From positions 4,150,419 through 4,214,418 of the forward strand of contig OZ244777.1 in the NCBI GenBank assembly GCA_965219495.1: a DNA stretch of 64,000 nucleotides. Direction: 5' to 3'. The DNA comes from Rhodobacterales bacterium. Its GTDB lineage: Bacteria; Pseudomonadota; Alphaproteobacteria; Rhodobacterales; CAZPXZ01. Below, piece by piece: positions 39,948-50,735 of the stretch. Below the pieces are notes generated by a model, which did no database searches, was not told the DNA's origin, and saw only the letters and a list, made by a program, of their open reading frames with translations. The stretch's first letter is position 1, and each line of letters begins with the position of its first letter. The position numbers were made by a program, and so were the translations under genes.

Positions 39948-40568
39948 CTATGAAACGGAACCGGCCTCATGTCGCGCGGCAACTTCTGCGCGACCCCCGC
40001 CGGCCGCCGCCAGCCCGATCGAAACGGTCCACGGCAACAGCCACCGGAGCGCCCGCAGCAACCCGCCGCGGTCCCCCGCAACGCCGAACAACGCCAGCAG
40101 CGAAGCCGGAAGCGCGTCGCCCGCCGGAGGCCGCGCCAACCCGCCCCGCCGCGAGATCCATTGCGGCGTCCGCGGGAACGCCTCGCGCCACCACCGCCGC
40201 CAACGCCGAAGCGTCCGCCGGGCGATGCCGAGCCGCATGCGCAGCTTGCGCGCCGCCGCGCCGCAACCGCCGGAAAGCGCCGAAACCACCAGAAAGCATC
40301 CGGAGGCATAAACCCGCGAGCCGAAATAGCGCACCGAGGGCGGCGTCGACCGCCGCCGGCAGCCCTCCGAACCGCAGCAGAAGCTGAACCGCGTGAAGCC
40401 CTCACCCCGGCGGAAGCCGAGGCCACGGGGCTTGCGCGCATAATCCGCAACGTGAAGCCGCCCCCCGCAGTGGCCGCAGCCCGCCTCGCGAAACGCCTCC
40501 GCGATCGACGCGTCAATCCGGGTGAAAAGCGCCCACTCACTGGCGCCGACGAGGATTCCGTGCAACAT
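39948..40568 (-). CDS. Zn-finger/HTH protein upstream of the transposase (DUF6431-like)
   Basis: CGHCGGRLH, FSFCC...CRRR.TPPSVRYFG.RVY, RRTLRRWRRWW. Confidence 0.7.
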   Translation of the reverse strand: MLHGILVGASEWALFTRIDASIAEAFREAGCGHCGGRLHVADYARKPRGLGFRRGEGFTRFSFCCGSEGCRRRSTPPSVRYFGSRVYASGCFLVVSALSGGCGAAARKLRMRLGIARRTLRRWRRWWREAFPRTPQWISRRGGLARPPAGDALPASLLALFGVAGDRGGLLRALRWLLPWTVSIGLAAAGGGRAEVAARHEAGSVS

Positions 40569-40914
40569 TGATTCGTCTCTCCTGCGACATAACAAGAGAG
40601 ACAAACCCCCCGGGGATGCTTGTGCAAGCTCCCCGGGGGAACCGATCGACATTCATGCACGGAATCTGATCGGATCCACCCGATCCGGAATCAATCTATG
40701 TGAGCACGCACATTCGTCTCCATGAAGGGAGTATGGAATCGCACGAGAAACGCGTCAACACATGCGACAACACCAGAAAAGAAATGCTTGACACCCAATG
40801 GCCCTGTATGGCCGCATGGTCGAAGACTAGGAACCCCGTAACACCTTGGCTAACATGACTAAATGGCACTGTCTGGCATCGGTCGGCTTCCTCTGGCCCA
40901 ATATTGGAACGAGT

Positions 40915-40960
<46 letters not shown>

Positions 40961-41078
40961 GATAAACCATTGAAAATAAACACGTTTCCAGGGTTTTCGC
41001 TTCTCCAATCGGTTCATGACAATTCGATTGGGAATCTATTGGGAATCACGCGGAATCAATGTTCTGCGCATCTATATA

Positions 41079-42844
41079 GTGTCTGTGCAAAAATACCGGG
41101 TTTTGAACCCGGCGCGACGTTTCCGGCCCAGGCGCCCGGCGCGGAATTCGGCCCCTGGCGCCGTGAATGAGCGGTTCGGGGCGGGTTTCGCGCGAATGTC
41201 GAGGATGCCGACAATCTTCCGCCATGAGGACGGGGCCCCGGCCAGGGCCGGGGCGCATGCCGACGGCGTTGGCTCGGCCGGCCGCAGTCAGGCGGCGCGG
41301 CGAATGCCTTGGCGTCGCTGATTCTGGATCTTGTCCCGCTCGGTTCTCTGCAGCACCAGGCCGATCCGGTGCAGATTTGCGGCAAGGATTGCGAGAGCGA
41401 CCGTTCGAGCGAAGCCATCCCTGCCGTGCGCGCGGACCCGGTCCAGGCCGCGGCATTCCAGGTTGTGGATGGCGGATTCCACCGCCGGATGCTGCCGCCG
41501 CGCCGCGACGAATTCGGGGCGCGCCTCGCGCTCCCGCGCTTTCTGCGAAAGAGTGCCCTTCGCCGGCAGCGCGTTGCAATCCAGCAGCGCGTCCAGCCGC
41601 ACCCGGTTGGACGGGCTGTGGAAGCCCCGGTCGAAGCTGCAGCCCCGCACCGACGGAAACAGGGCGAGGGTTTCCGACAGCAGCGGAACCGCCGCATCGA
41701 CGTCGTCGTCCGCCCACGAGATGCGGTGGTGCAGAACCAATTGATGCTGGTCCTCGACGATGCAGACCGGAACCCCGAGTTCGACCATGCGCCCGGCCTT
41801 GCCCTTCGCGCACCAGCGGGTATGCGGCTCGAAGATGGAGAACACCTTCTCTTCATGCGGGATCGCTTCGCCCTGCAGCAGCCGCCGGTCGACCTGGTCG
41901 ATCTGGCGAAGCGCATGATCCATAAGGTCTTGCACGGCATCGATGTCCCATGTCTCCGCCCCGGCCGCCTCGAGTTCCCGCCGCAGCCGTTCCGCCCGCG
42001 CCACCAGCGACCGGCAAAGACCCAGGTAAGCGCATACGCGGTCCGGATGCCGCCTCTGCCGCCAGCCGCCAAGCCCGAAGGCCGAAGCCAGCTGCGCGGA
42101 AACCCGGATCAGGCACCGCATCGCGTCCCACAGCAAGTTGACGTCGGTCGGATAGTGCACGTCGGTTTCCACCACAAAGGAATCGGCCCGCGCCCGCAGC
42201 GGCGCTTCCGGCTCCTGCCCGAACAGCGCGTGGCCCGCCTTCACCACCAGTGCGTTGATCTCGTTCAGAAGTTCCGGCGTCAGCAGCGAGACATTGCGCA
42301 CCAGCGTCCGGTGCTCGTACCGGCGATGGTCGTCAAGCCCCGAATGGCCGAGCATCTCCCGAACCGTCCCATGGCAATTGGCAAGATCCTGCAGACGGTC
42401 GTAGTCGCACCGGATGCCCTGCTTCAGCGTCGCCAGCACGAAGATCCGCCACAAATCCATGCCCGGGCGCCCAAGCCCCCGGTCCACGCCCGGAAGAAAA
42501 TGCGCGTCCAGCAGGTCGAAAACCTGCCGGCGCAACGCTTCGTCGCAGTACAGGTGCTGGATGCCCCGCAACACCGCCGGGATGTCATCCCGGCAGACCG
42601 GGTCAATCGCAATGTCCTCGATGGCGATTTCGCCAAGCCGAACAAACGGTTCCTGGATTGCCCTCATGCTCTCGCCCTCGTCTCTGCTCTGCCGGAACGA
42701 GCGACCCATCGCGAAGATTCCGCCCATTCGACCAATTTCGCCTGAATTTTGCCTGGAATTATACGCCTGGGACCAATCTTCGCAACCCAAAACCGACCAC
42801 AACCTGTTGATATGAAACGAATTGCGACCTTTTTGCACAGGCAC
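41079..42844 (-). mobile_element. IS with ISNCY/IS5-like transposase, flanked by TATATA
   Basis: IRs GTGTCTGTGCAAAAA / TTTTTGCACAGGCAC; TATATA at 41073-78 and 42845-50. Confidence 0.85.
41288..42667 (-). CDS. DDE transposase (ISNCY-type), 459 aa
   Basis: GRPGMDLWRIFVL, ADSFVVETDVHYPTD, KVFSIFEPHT, FDRGF, RRQHPAVESAI. Confidence 0.88.
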   Translation of the reverse strand: MRAIQEPFVRLGEIAIEDIAIDPVCRDDIPAVLRGIQHLYCDEALRRQVFDLLDAHFLPGVDRGLGRPGMDLWRIFVLATLKQGIRCDYDRLQDLANCHGTVREMLGHSGLDDHRRYEHRTLVRNVSLLTPELLNEINALVVKAGHALFGQEPEAPLRARADSFVVETDVHYPTDVNLLWDAMRCLIRVSAQLASAFGLGGWRQRRHPDRVCAYLGLCRSLVARAERLRRELEAAGAETWDIDAVQDLMDHALRQIDQVDRRLLQGEAIPHEEKVFSIFEPHTRWCAKGKAGRMVELGVPVCIVEDQHQLVLHHRISWADDDVDAAVPLLSETLALFPSVRGCSFDRGFHSPSNRVRLDALLDCNALPAKGTLSQKAREREARPEFVAARRQHPAVESAIHNLECRGLDRVRAHGRDGFARTVALAILAANLHRIGLVLQRTERDKIQNQRRQGIRRAA

Positions 42845-42850
42845 TATATA

Positions 42851-42957
42851 GTGTCCGTGCCAAAATACCGGGTTTTGAACCCGGCGCGACGTTTCCGGCC
42901 CAGGCGCCCGGCGCGGAATTCGGCCCCTGGCGCCGTGAATGAGCGGTTGGGGGCGGG
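42851..42957 (-). repeat. Isolated second copy of the IS right end (107 bp)
   Basis: Near-identical to 41079-41185. Confidence 0.9.
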
Positions 42958-42968
42958 CGGACGAGATT

Positions 42969-45531
42969 ATGCAGCTCAATGAGCAGCGGATCGCGGTTCG
43001 CAGTGGGCGGGAAGACCTGCCTAAGCGGCGGGATGAATATCGTCTCGAGTTGGAGTCGCTGACCAGGTTGGGCGCTGAGATCGGTTGGGATATTGAGGAA
43101 CCAAGCGAGCTGATCGAGCGGATACCGCCTAGGAGCAACGTTGAGACAGTACGGAAACTACTGGCACGGGATGGGGAACTGGCAGTAGAGCTACGCGGCG
43201 CGCGAAGGGCGTTGGAGGAGTCGCAGGCGGCGTTTCAGGACAAGACAGAGCGTCTGGAGGAAATTGGACAGGCGACGGACGTGTCCGAGCTGGCCGCTGT
43301 GTTGAATGCCGTTCGGGATATCGGCGACGTGGCAGGCCGTATTCGGACGGCACAGGGGCAGGTGGCCGAGATTTCCGGAGGGATTGAGAAGAAGCTCCGG
43401 TCAATGAAGCCGGTTCTGCCTGTAGGCACCGATATCGAAGCACTGGCGGTACCGCCGAGGGATATGGTCACCGCGCATCGGGACGATGTACGGAATTGGG
43501 CGCTGCGCCAAGGCGAGACGAAGCAGCGGCTCACCGAGGCGCGCAATGACGTGGAACGGGATCAAATGGCGCTGGAGCGGCGCGTGCGGGTTGAAGGCGT
43601 CGTGGGACCGGGAGCGGTGGAAGAAGCCCGCGGCTATCGGGAGACGCTGTGGGAGCTGGTCAAGGCTCGGTACATTGCGTGTTCGGAGATCCCGGCCGAA
43701 GAGGCACAGGCCCATGCCAAGGCCTTGGAAGATCTACCAGCGTCTCTCGAAGGAGCGGTTGAACAGGCGGACAGCATTGCCGACCGCCGCTTCGACAAGG
43801 CCCAGGCGGCGGGGGAGTTGGCGGTGCTGGCACACAACATCGCCGGACACGAGACGCGGATCCGCCAACTGGAGACGGATGAAGCGGCACTGAAGGCTGA
43901 GGGCGAGCAACTCGATCAGGCGTGGCGCGCGCTGTGGGCTAAAGTGCCCATTGAGGTGGTTGCACCCGATGTCATGTTGGCATGGCTGGAAGCCCGTGAA
44001 GACGTCGTGAGACTGATCGACCGTGAGCGCGACGTGCAGCGTCAGCTGGACGACAGTAGGCGAGAAGAACAGGAGGCAATTGCTCAGATTCACGCGGCGC
44101 TGACAAAAGTCGGCCGGGGTGCCGAGGAGGCCGAGGCAAATGAGCTGCGAGTGACGGTCGAACGGGCGGACGTGTATCGGAGGGAGCAGGAGGCAAAGGC
44201 CGAGAAGATTGTTGAGATGCGCGAAGCGGTGCGGACGGCCAAGTCTGAGGTGGCAAGGTGAATTGGAACGAGCGGAGGCGGAGCGGAAAGGCTGGCAGGC
44301 AGATTGGGCCAAGGCGGTTGCGGCGATTGACCTCCAATGTGACGACAAGCCTGACATTGTGTCCGCAAATATCAACGTCATCGAAGAGATGCGCGAGCAT
44401 GCGGCGGCGGCGAGAGAGCTCAGGGATAGACGCATTGCCACGATTGAGCGGGACATTGGGACATTTGAGCGAGCTGTGGCGGAGGTTGTCGCAGAATTGG
44501 CGCCGGACCTGACCAACGGCGATGCCGATGCTTCCGTGGTGGCGCTGGATCGTCGGCGGGAAGAGGCGTTGAAGCTGCATCAACAGCATCGGGAACTGAC
44601 GGATGCGGTGGGCGAGCGGCGGAAGAAGATCGAGGAGCTGGAGGAAGACCGAAAGGCCGCGTGGACCCTGGTGCAGCCGCTCCTGGAGACTGCCGGAGTT
44701 GAGGAGGTCGAGAAGCTATTCAAGGTGATCGAGCGGTCGGACCAGTTGAGGACGTTAAAGGAGAAGCTGGACGGCGTCATTGAAACGCTCGGTCAGCAGG
44801 GTGACGGACTCGCGATCGAAGTTATTGAGGAGGAGTGCCGGGATGTCGACATTGACGCGGCGCGGGTCAGGGAAGAAGCGGCCGAGGCCGAAATAAAGGC
44901 GCTCGGCGAACAGCTGGAGGAAGCCGTTGTAGCGCAGAGCGAGGCGCGGAAGGCCTTCGAAGCGATCGGGGGAGACGACGCGGCGGCCAGGGCGGCGGCC
45001 GATTGTGAGGAAGCACTGGCTGCCATGCAGGATGTTGCCGGGCGGTATGTGCGAGTACGGGCGTCGGGAATGCTGCTGCGCTGGGCGGTCGACCGATATA
45101 GGAAGGAAAAGCAGGGGCCGCTGCTGAAGCGGGCCGGTGAGTTGTTCCGAGTGCTGACACGGAATTCCTTTGAAAGACTGGAGGTAATGTTCGACGAACA
45201 AGACACCATGCATCTGACGGGAGTGCGACCAGACGGAGAAGTGGTAGCGGTGCCGGGTCTGAGTACGGGGACGGAGGATCAGCTGTTTCTAGCGCTGCGA
45301 ATTGCGGCGGTAGAGGACTACCTGACGCGGGCCGTAGCGCTGCCCTTTGTGGCGGACGACCTGTTTATCAACTTTGATCCGGAGCGGTCGGCGGCTGGGT
45401 TTGAGGTGCTGGGGCAGCTGGCCGAGCAGACGCAGGTGCTGTTCTACACTCATCACCCGCATCTGGTGGATGTGGCGCGGGAGACGTTGGGTCTCGACGT
45501 GGATGTAGTGACGTTGGCCGACGCCGCGTAG
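42969..45531 (+). pseudogene. YhaN-like SMC/AAA_27 ATPase, N-truncated and frameshifted
   Basis: Coiled coil; LSTGTEDQLFLALR, PFVADDLFINFD, FYTHH; no Walker A; frameshift near 44258. Confidence 0.85.
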
Positions 45532-45940
45532 AGTTTAAACTTTGAATCTAGAATCTTGTTCGGCGTGGCTGTTGGGCGCCGATTAGCATTCTAACCCGTT
45601 GCGATCGATACGAACTGAGGGGTCAAAGGGCTGCGATGAATAACACTCGTGCCCACCATTTCCATCAACCAGGGCACAAAGAGCACGTATCGCAGCCGAG
45701 TGTGCAGGACGGACGTTCCGGGAAAGAATCTGTCCGCGAACCGTTGGTGGAGCGAGAGAAACCCACTTCGTCGCGTACGCCACTGTCGTTCGCCGCGAGC
45801 GTTTCCTCGGCCCGCGCCACTGCTTCTCGCGAAAGGAGGACCACCCTACCGGTTCGTTTTGCCCTCGCGTCAGCAGATCCTCCGCTCGGCTCGACTTCGC
45901 CCGTTAATAAGCGTGAAATATTGACCCCCTAACGGGGTTG

Positions 45941-48637
45941 TTACAGCAGCACGGCTTCGACACCGGCTTCATAAGAAGGACGCTTTCCCAATTGCTTGCG
46001 GCGCTCAAGTGCCATCTTGGCAAACGCCTCAAGTTCCGCGATGTCCCTGTCAACCTGGTCGGGCTCTGGAAGGTCTGGCGGCAGGTCTGGGGCTCGGTCA
46101 TGTCCGGAATAGTGAGAGCACCGCTTCATGCCTTCAAAAATAGCGGGGTAGTCGGCTGCGGGATCGACACAGGCTTGTTCGATGCTTTTCGTCATGACCT
46201 CCGGTCGGAAACGCTGCACAACATTATTGAACAAGATTTCTTCGACAATGCGCTCCCAGGATTCCCGCATTTTCGCGTAGAGCCCAACAATGCTGGACCG
46301 GAATTGCTGGTCTGTATGGTCGTACCCATCACGAATGAGTGCTGCAAAGTCTTGTCGGACATTGTGAAGGCGCTCGAGAACACGCTTCATCTGCCAAGGC
46401 TTTTGGGAGTCATCGATCAGGCCGAACCGGTCGTTCCCTGCGCTGCTCATCCATTCGCAGTGCCGGCCAACCCGGGCACGGCGGGCCTCTGTCCACAGCA
46501 TGTGATGGAACAGGATGTTGTGGGTGAAGACAATCACCTGACGGCCATTGGAAGCTTCCTCCGCGAGGCGTTCGGCCACAGCTTGCATGCGGCTATGATC
46601 TAGCGAAGAAACCGGGTCATCGACAATGATGCCGTGATCGCTGCCGATTTCCTGCAGTTCTGCCAGAAAGCAGGCGAGTGCGAGGGCGCGCTGTTCGCCC
46701 TCACTCAGGACATCGCTGTTGTTGGCGACGCGCTGCTGGGCATCGAGCGCAATCTCGATGATGCTCTCGCCACCTCGGCCGCGATCAGCCAGATCCAGCG
46801 GAATATGGGTAAGCCGCAACCTCTCCAGTTCCTTTTTCAAGGCAGCTCGTAGGCTCGGAGTGAGGATCTCACGACGACGGTCGGTGATTCTGCGCGTGAT
46901 CGCGGTCAAGCGGCACTGCTGTGTACAGGCGTGGAGCCGGCGACGCTCCTCCAGACGGTTGCGCCGCTCGACGATGATTTCGATCTGTTCGCTTAGCTGC
47001 TTCTGGTCCGCGAGTTCGGCGTGACGTGCCTTCAGCCTGGCCAGAGCCTCCTCGTCACGTTCGGCGATTTCCAGCTCGGCAATCTCGGCATCGAGGCGGC
47101 CGATTTCGTCTTCGATGAACGGAGTTGGCGAGGCGGGTAGCGGATCCAGATCCTGGAGAGCGTCGTACCGATTTTCGCGCAGGGCGCCCTTGACAGCTTC
47201 CAGACGCTCGCCGGCCTTCTCGACGAAGGTAGCCATCGTGGTCGCGCCCTCCTTGCAGGCAACCGAAAGGGCAGCGTAACCGGCAAGCAAGATTTCGATT
47301 TCGCGGCAGGGCCTAACTCTGAATGCCAGGAGCCTGTCGCGATGCTCGGCAATAGCCCGATCAGCGGCGACGCTCTCCTCGGCGGCTCGGCCAGCGATGT
47401 AGTCGTCGAATGCCGCCATGCGGGTCGTAGCATTCTCGTCGAGATCCTGCTGACACAGGACGCACAGGCCTCCGTTGGCGAGCTGGGGAGGCGGCACATC
47501 CGGAAATACGGTGACTGCAAACTCCCGCGCATATGTGAGCATCTGGCGCCAAGTCTCAGATCCGAGATCGGAGATGGGCTGATCACTGAAGAGATCTCTG
47601 GCAGCAGCTTCCACGGCTCGATTTGTAGTCTCGGCCTCCTGATGTTTTCGACGGATGGCGGCGAGCGCCCCATCGGCGAGATCGGCCTCGATCGCCGAAA
47701 CTTCTTCCCTGACAGTTTCGAGGGCCCGCTTTGCCTCGGACCGCAGCCGGATCATGACCTGCGGGTCTTGCTTCAGTTTTTCTTCAGCAGCGTCGAACTC
47801 AGCCTGCTTCTCAGCCGTCCAGCCACCGAGTTCGCGCAGGTGGGGTTCGCTTGGAAGGTCCGCGAGCGCGGTCTGAGTGACGAGGCTGGCAAGCGCTGCG
47901 TGAACGGTCGAGCCTTCGTGGTACCCTTCCGGCAGGCGGGTATTGACCGCTGCGTTGACGGCGTCCAGCCGTTCTCTGAAGTCTTCGTCGAGTGCCCGGC
48001 AGGTGAGGCCGAGCTTGTTCATGAGATCGAGTTCGTAAGGGAGGAACTCGATCTTTCGTTCCTTGTCGACATAGACGCGTGCGGTAGCGGTGTCGAATAC
48101 TGAGATTCGCGACAGCTCGCCGGGTGGGTCCTGGTCAGCGTACCAGGTCACCTCTTCCTTGGGTTGATCGTCGCCCCCGACACGAAAGGCGACAGCCACT
48201 TCGGTGCGATCTGCAGCCGCGCCGTCATACACGTTGCCGCGAAGTGAAACCGGGCTCAGCGATCGGCAGAGCTGCCTTGCGATACGGCAGTAGCCACTCT
48301 TGCCGGAAGCGTTAGCGCCATAAACGAGAGTGACACCGTTGACCGCAAATTGAAGAGGCGGCTGGTTGGAGGACAGCCGGTCAACATGGCGGATGGGGCC
48401 AAGCGAGGCGAGCACGGTTGTGGGGTTGTTGCTGGCCGCTTGATTGAGATGCTCCTCGGCAAGCGGTACAGGATCCGAAACGTTTTCGGCGGGGAGGCCT
48501 GCGGCCCGCTGAATTTGCAGCCGGAGTGCCGAAAGGTCGTCGGTCGTCAGTTCGCCCTGCGAGGCGAGGCGACGCAGGGCGTCCTGTTGCCAGGGCAATC
48601 TGCCGGCGGCCCAGCCGAGTAGTTCCTCATGCGCCAT
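45941..48637 (-). CDS. RloC/PrrC-like ABC ATPase (AAA_13-type) with C-terminal HEPN-like domain
   Basis: 898 aa; GANASGKS, CVLC hook, LSEGEQRAL, DDPVSSLDH, VFTH, RCSHYSGHD. Confidence 0.75.
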   Translation of the reverse strand: MAHEELLGWAAGRLPWQQDALRRLASQGELTTDDLSALRLQIQRAAGLPAENVSDPVPLAEEHLNQAASNNPTTVLASLGPIRHVDRLSSNQPPLQFAVNGVTLVYGANASGKSGYCRIARQLCRSLSPVSLRGNVYDGAAADRTEVAVAFRVGGDDQPKEEVTWYADQDPPGELSRISVFDTATARVYVDKERKIEFLPYELDLMNKLGLTCRALDEDFRERLDAVNAAVNTRLPEGYHEGSTVHAALASLVTQTALADLPSEPHLRELGGWTAEKQAEFDAAEEKLKQDPQVMIRLRSEAKRALETVREEVSAIEADLADGALAAIRRKHQEAETTNRAVEAAARDLFSDQPISDLGSETWRQMLTYAREFAVTVFPDVPPPQLANGGLCVLCQQDLDENATTRMAAFDDYIAGRAAEESVAADRAIAEHRDRLLAFRVRPCREIEILLAGYAALSVACKEGATTMATFVEKAGERLEAVKGALRENRYDALQDLDPLPASPTPFIEDEIGRLDAEIAELEIAERDEEALARLKARHAELADQKQLSEQIEIIVERRNRLEERRRLHACTQQCRLTAITRRITDRRREILTPSLRAALKKELERLRLTHIPLDLADRGRGGESIIEIALDAQQRVANNSDVLSEGEQRALALACFLAELQEIGSDHGIIVDDPVSSLDHSRMQAVAERLAEEASNGRQVIVFTHNILFHHMLWTEARRARVGRHCEWMSSAGNDRFGLIDDSQKPWQMKRVLERLHNVRQDFAALIRDGYDHTDQQFRSSIVGLYAKMRESWERIVEEILFNNVVQRFRPEVMTKSIEQACVDPAADYPAIFEGMKRCSHYSGHDRAPDLPPDLPEPDQVDRDIAELEAFAKMALERRKQLGKRPSYEAGVEAVLL

Positions 48638-48922
48638 TCGTACACCCGATGTTCACGTTATTCGTTCAGGAGATGCTGATGTCACTAGTGGACCAGGGCA
48701 GGCAACACGCCACAGACGTCGCGGAATTCTGGCCCTTTGGAAGAAAAGAGGTGTTCTGGTGAGGGTCGGCGATCCGTCGATTGAAAACAATGCCCGGGAC
48801 CAATGGCAAAAGCAGGAATTTGGCAATCACGAATGAGAAATGCGACTGGGTGGGACAGCGAGGTCCGTGACTGCGATGCCGAGGGCGGCATGGAGAACCT
48901 TCGGAGTGGAGGCCGGAACCAA

Positions 48923-49492
48923 TCAGAGCAACGCCGAAAACTGAGCCATTTCGGCGGCGGTAGCGACGAGCCCCAACCCGCCGAGGGTGGTGAGATAGTC
49001 TTGTACAGAGACGGGCGGTGCTGTCAGCCGCGCTCGTATCTTGCGGACGGCGTCGCAGAAGGGGCCGGGCATCAGGTCAAGGTGATTGGCAAGAAAGTCA
49101 TCGGGGTGCTGGACTTCGATTCCGTAGGGCACGACCGCGGCTTCTGGGAAGTCCCGCAGGTTGGAGGTGACGATCACGTCGCAGCGTCCGACTATTGCTG
49201 CTGCGAGAACATGACAGTCGTCGGGGTCGGGAAGGTCGAGTGTGGAGATAATCGTTTCGTATCCGGTGATCAGGCAATCCCGTGTTGCCCGATCCATGAG
49301 ATCGCGCGTCCGTTCCAGGGCTGCTCGATCACGGTGCGGTTCGTTGCGGATCAGGGCGTCGATCCACTCCCGATGGATGTCTGCGGTCCATTTCGCGCGA
49401 AAGAGATCGTCAACGGCCAATTGCAGAAAAATATCCCGCATCGGTGCGGGATAGAGAATGTTGGCGTCAAGGAGAGCCGTGAAGGCCGTCAC
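48923..49492 (-). CDS. PIN domain protein
   Basis: LLDANIL...LPDPDDCHVLAAA...IVTSNLRDFP. Confidence 0.9.
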   Translation of the reverse strand: MTAFTALLDANILYPAPMRDIFLQLAVDDLFRAKWTADIHREWIDALIRNEPHRDRAALERTRDLMDRATRDCLITGYETIISTLDLPDPDDCHVLAAAIVGRCDVIVTSNLRDFPEAAVVPYGIEVQHPDDFLANHLDLMPGPFCDAVRKIRARLTAPPVSVQDYLTTLGGLGLVATAAEMAQFSALL

Positions 49493-49953
49493 CGAGGGCC
49501 ATATCCCATATCATGGGCCTGAGCTTCGCGGGTCAGCTGTTCGAGCACCTGCTCTCGTTCCCGGTCGATGGCATTCTTGTATGCCATGACATCCTCCATG
49601 CGAATACGGCGGTGCTTGCCGACTTTCCGATGCGGGATGGCTTTCTGCTCAAGGAGTTTGATCAGGAAGGGACGGGAGACGTTCAGCACGTCGGCTGCCT
49701 GGACGGTGGTGAGCTCGGCGCTCTCCGGAATCAACGTAAGGCCCTGTCCCGCGGCCATGGCTTCCAGAACATGCATGAGCAGGTCGACCGCGCCTGCCGG
49801 GAGATCGATCGGTTGTTCCTGTTCGCTGTCTCTGACGCGCAGCTTCAAGGGCCGGTCCGTCCCGCCGTACGGCGAAAGAGCCTGGTAGGTGCTTCGTGCG
49901 ATCGCTGCGTCCCGCGGCGTGGGCGGGAGCTGTCGGTGAGCTAGCGTGATCAT
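49489..49953 (-). CDS. Excisionase-like HTH_17 protein (putative antitoxin of the PIN gene)
   Basis: ELTTVQAADVLNVSRPFLIKLL...KVGKHRRI; 4-bp overlap with the PIN gene. Confidence 0.9.
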   Translation of the reverse strand: MITLAHRQLPPTPRDAAIARSTYQALSPYGGTDRPLKLRVRDSEQEQPIDLPAGAVDLLMHVLEAMAAGQGLTLIPESAELTTVQAADVLNVSRPFLIKLLEQKAIPHRKVGKHRRIRMEDVMAYKNAIDREREQVLEQLTREAQAHDMGYGPR

Positions 49954-50735
49954 GTATGCCTCCCTGGAAGGCGTGACCCAACAGGGTCAAGATACGTATA
50001 TGAAATAAATGAAGCAAGCGAAGCAAATGTCAATAGGGGAGTTCTGCGTTGACATGCCGGCCGGATGGTCGACCGGGTTCATTCGGAAGGCGAGAATCTG
50101 TCAGTTTCCTGATCCACCAACAGATCCCCCCCCCCAATGCTCCCAGTGATCCGTGCGGCCGCCGTTTGGATGGAATCTCGTGCGAGGTGGGCGTAGCGGG
50201 CGGTCGTCTGGACTTGGGTATGCCCCAGGAGCTTGCCGAGTAGCAATGGCCAGCTTCCACTCTGAGGGTGGGAACAGGATTTTTACGATAGATTATAATA
50301 CCTTACAAGCTGAACTCGCATTTCACACCCTCAGTCCATTTTGCTTTGGGTACCGTATGGGTACCATTTCATTTCCAGTCCCAGCGCGTCGTTGGCTACA
50401 TGTGCCGCCTTTTGTCCACCCCATATTTCCACCATCGTGTTCGTTCGGTCATCGGGTGATGCCATCGCGTGGCGATCGCCTCGATTCTCGACATAGCGGT
50501 CACGAAAGTGCGGGTTCGCTCGACCGTGTCGTCCGAGACCTCGGATGGCGCATTCTCCAGGATCGGATCGAACGGGAGTCCGATACGGAAGGCGAGACGT
50601 AGTCTGAGGAGGTTGCGCCCGACCGGCCGTGACTGAGATGGGTGGGAGAGGGCCGTGACCCGACCCGCTCAACAGCGTGTCCATCGGCTCCCCACGTCGG
50701 GAATACAGCAAACAAAGCTACACTACATCTCCCGA

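Noticed and set aside
28604-40712. TGT...ACA as firm ends of the Mu-like element
   Set aside because: Flanks GCGAG / TTCGT show no duplication and the end similarity is poor; kept only as a hint
50630-50735. Group II intron domain V or riboswitch
   Set aside because: GAGCCG is present but there is no DV stem or catalytic-triad context and no reverse transcriptase in the window
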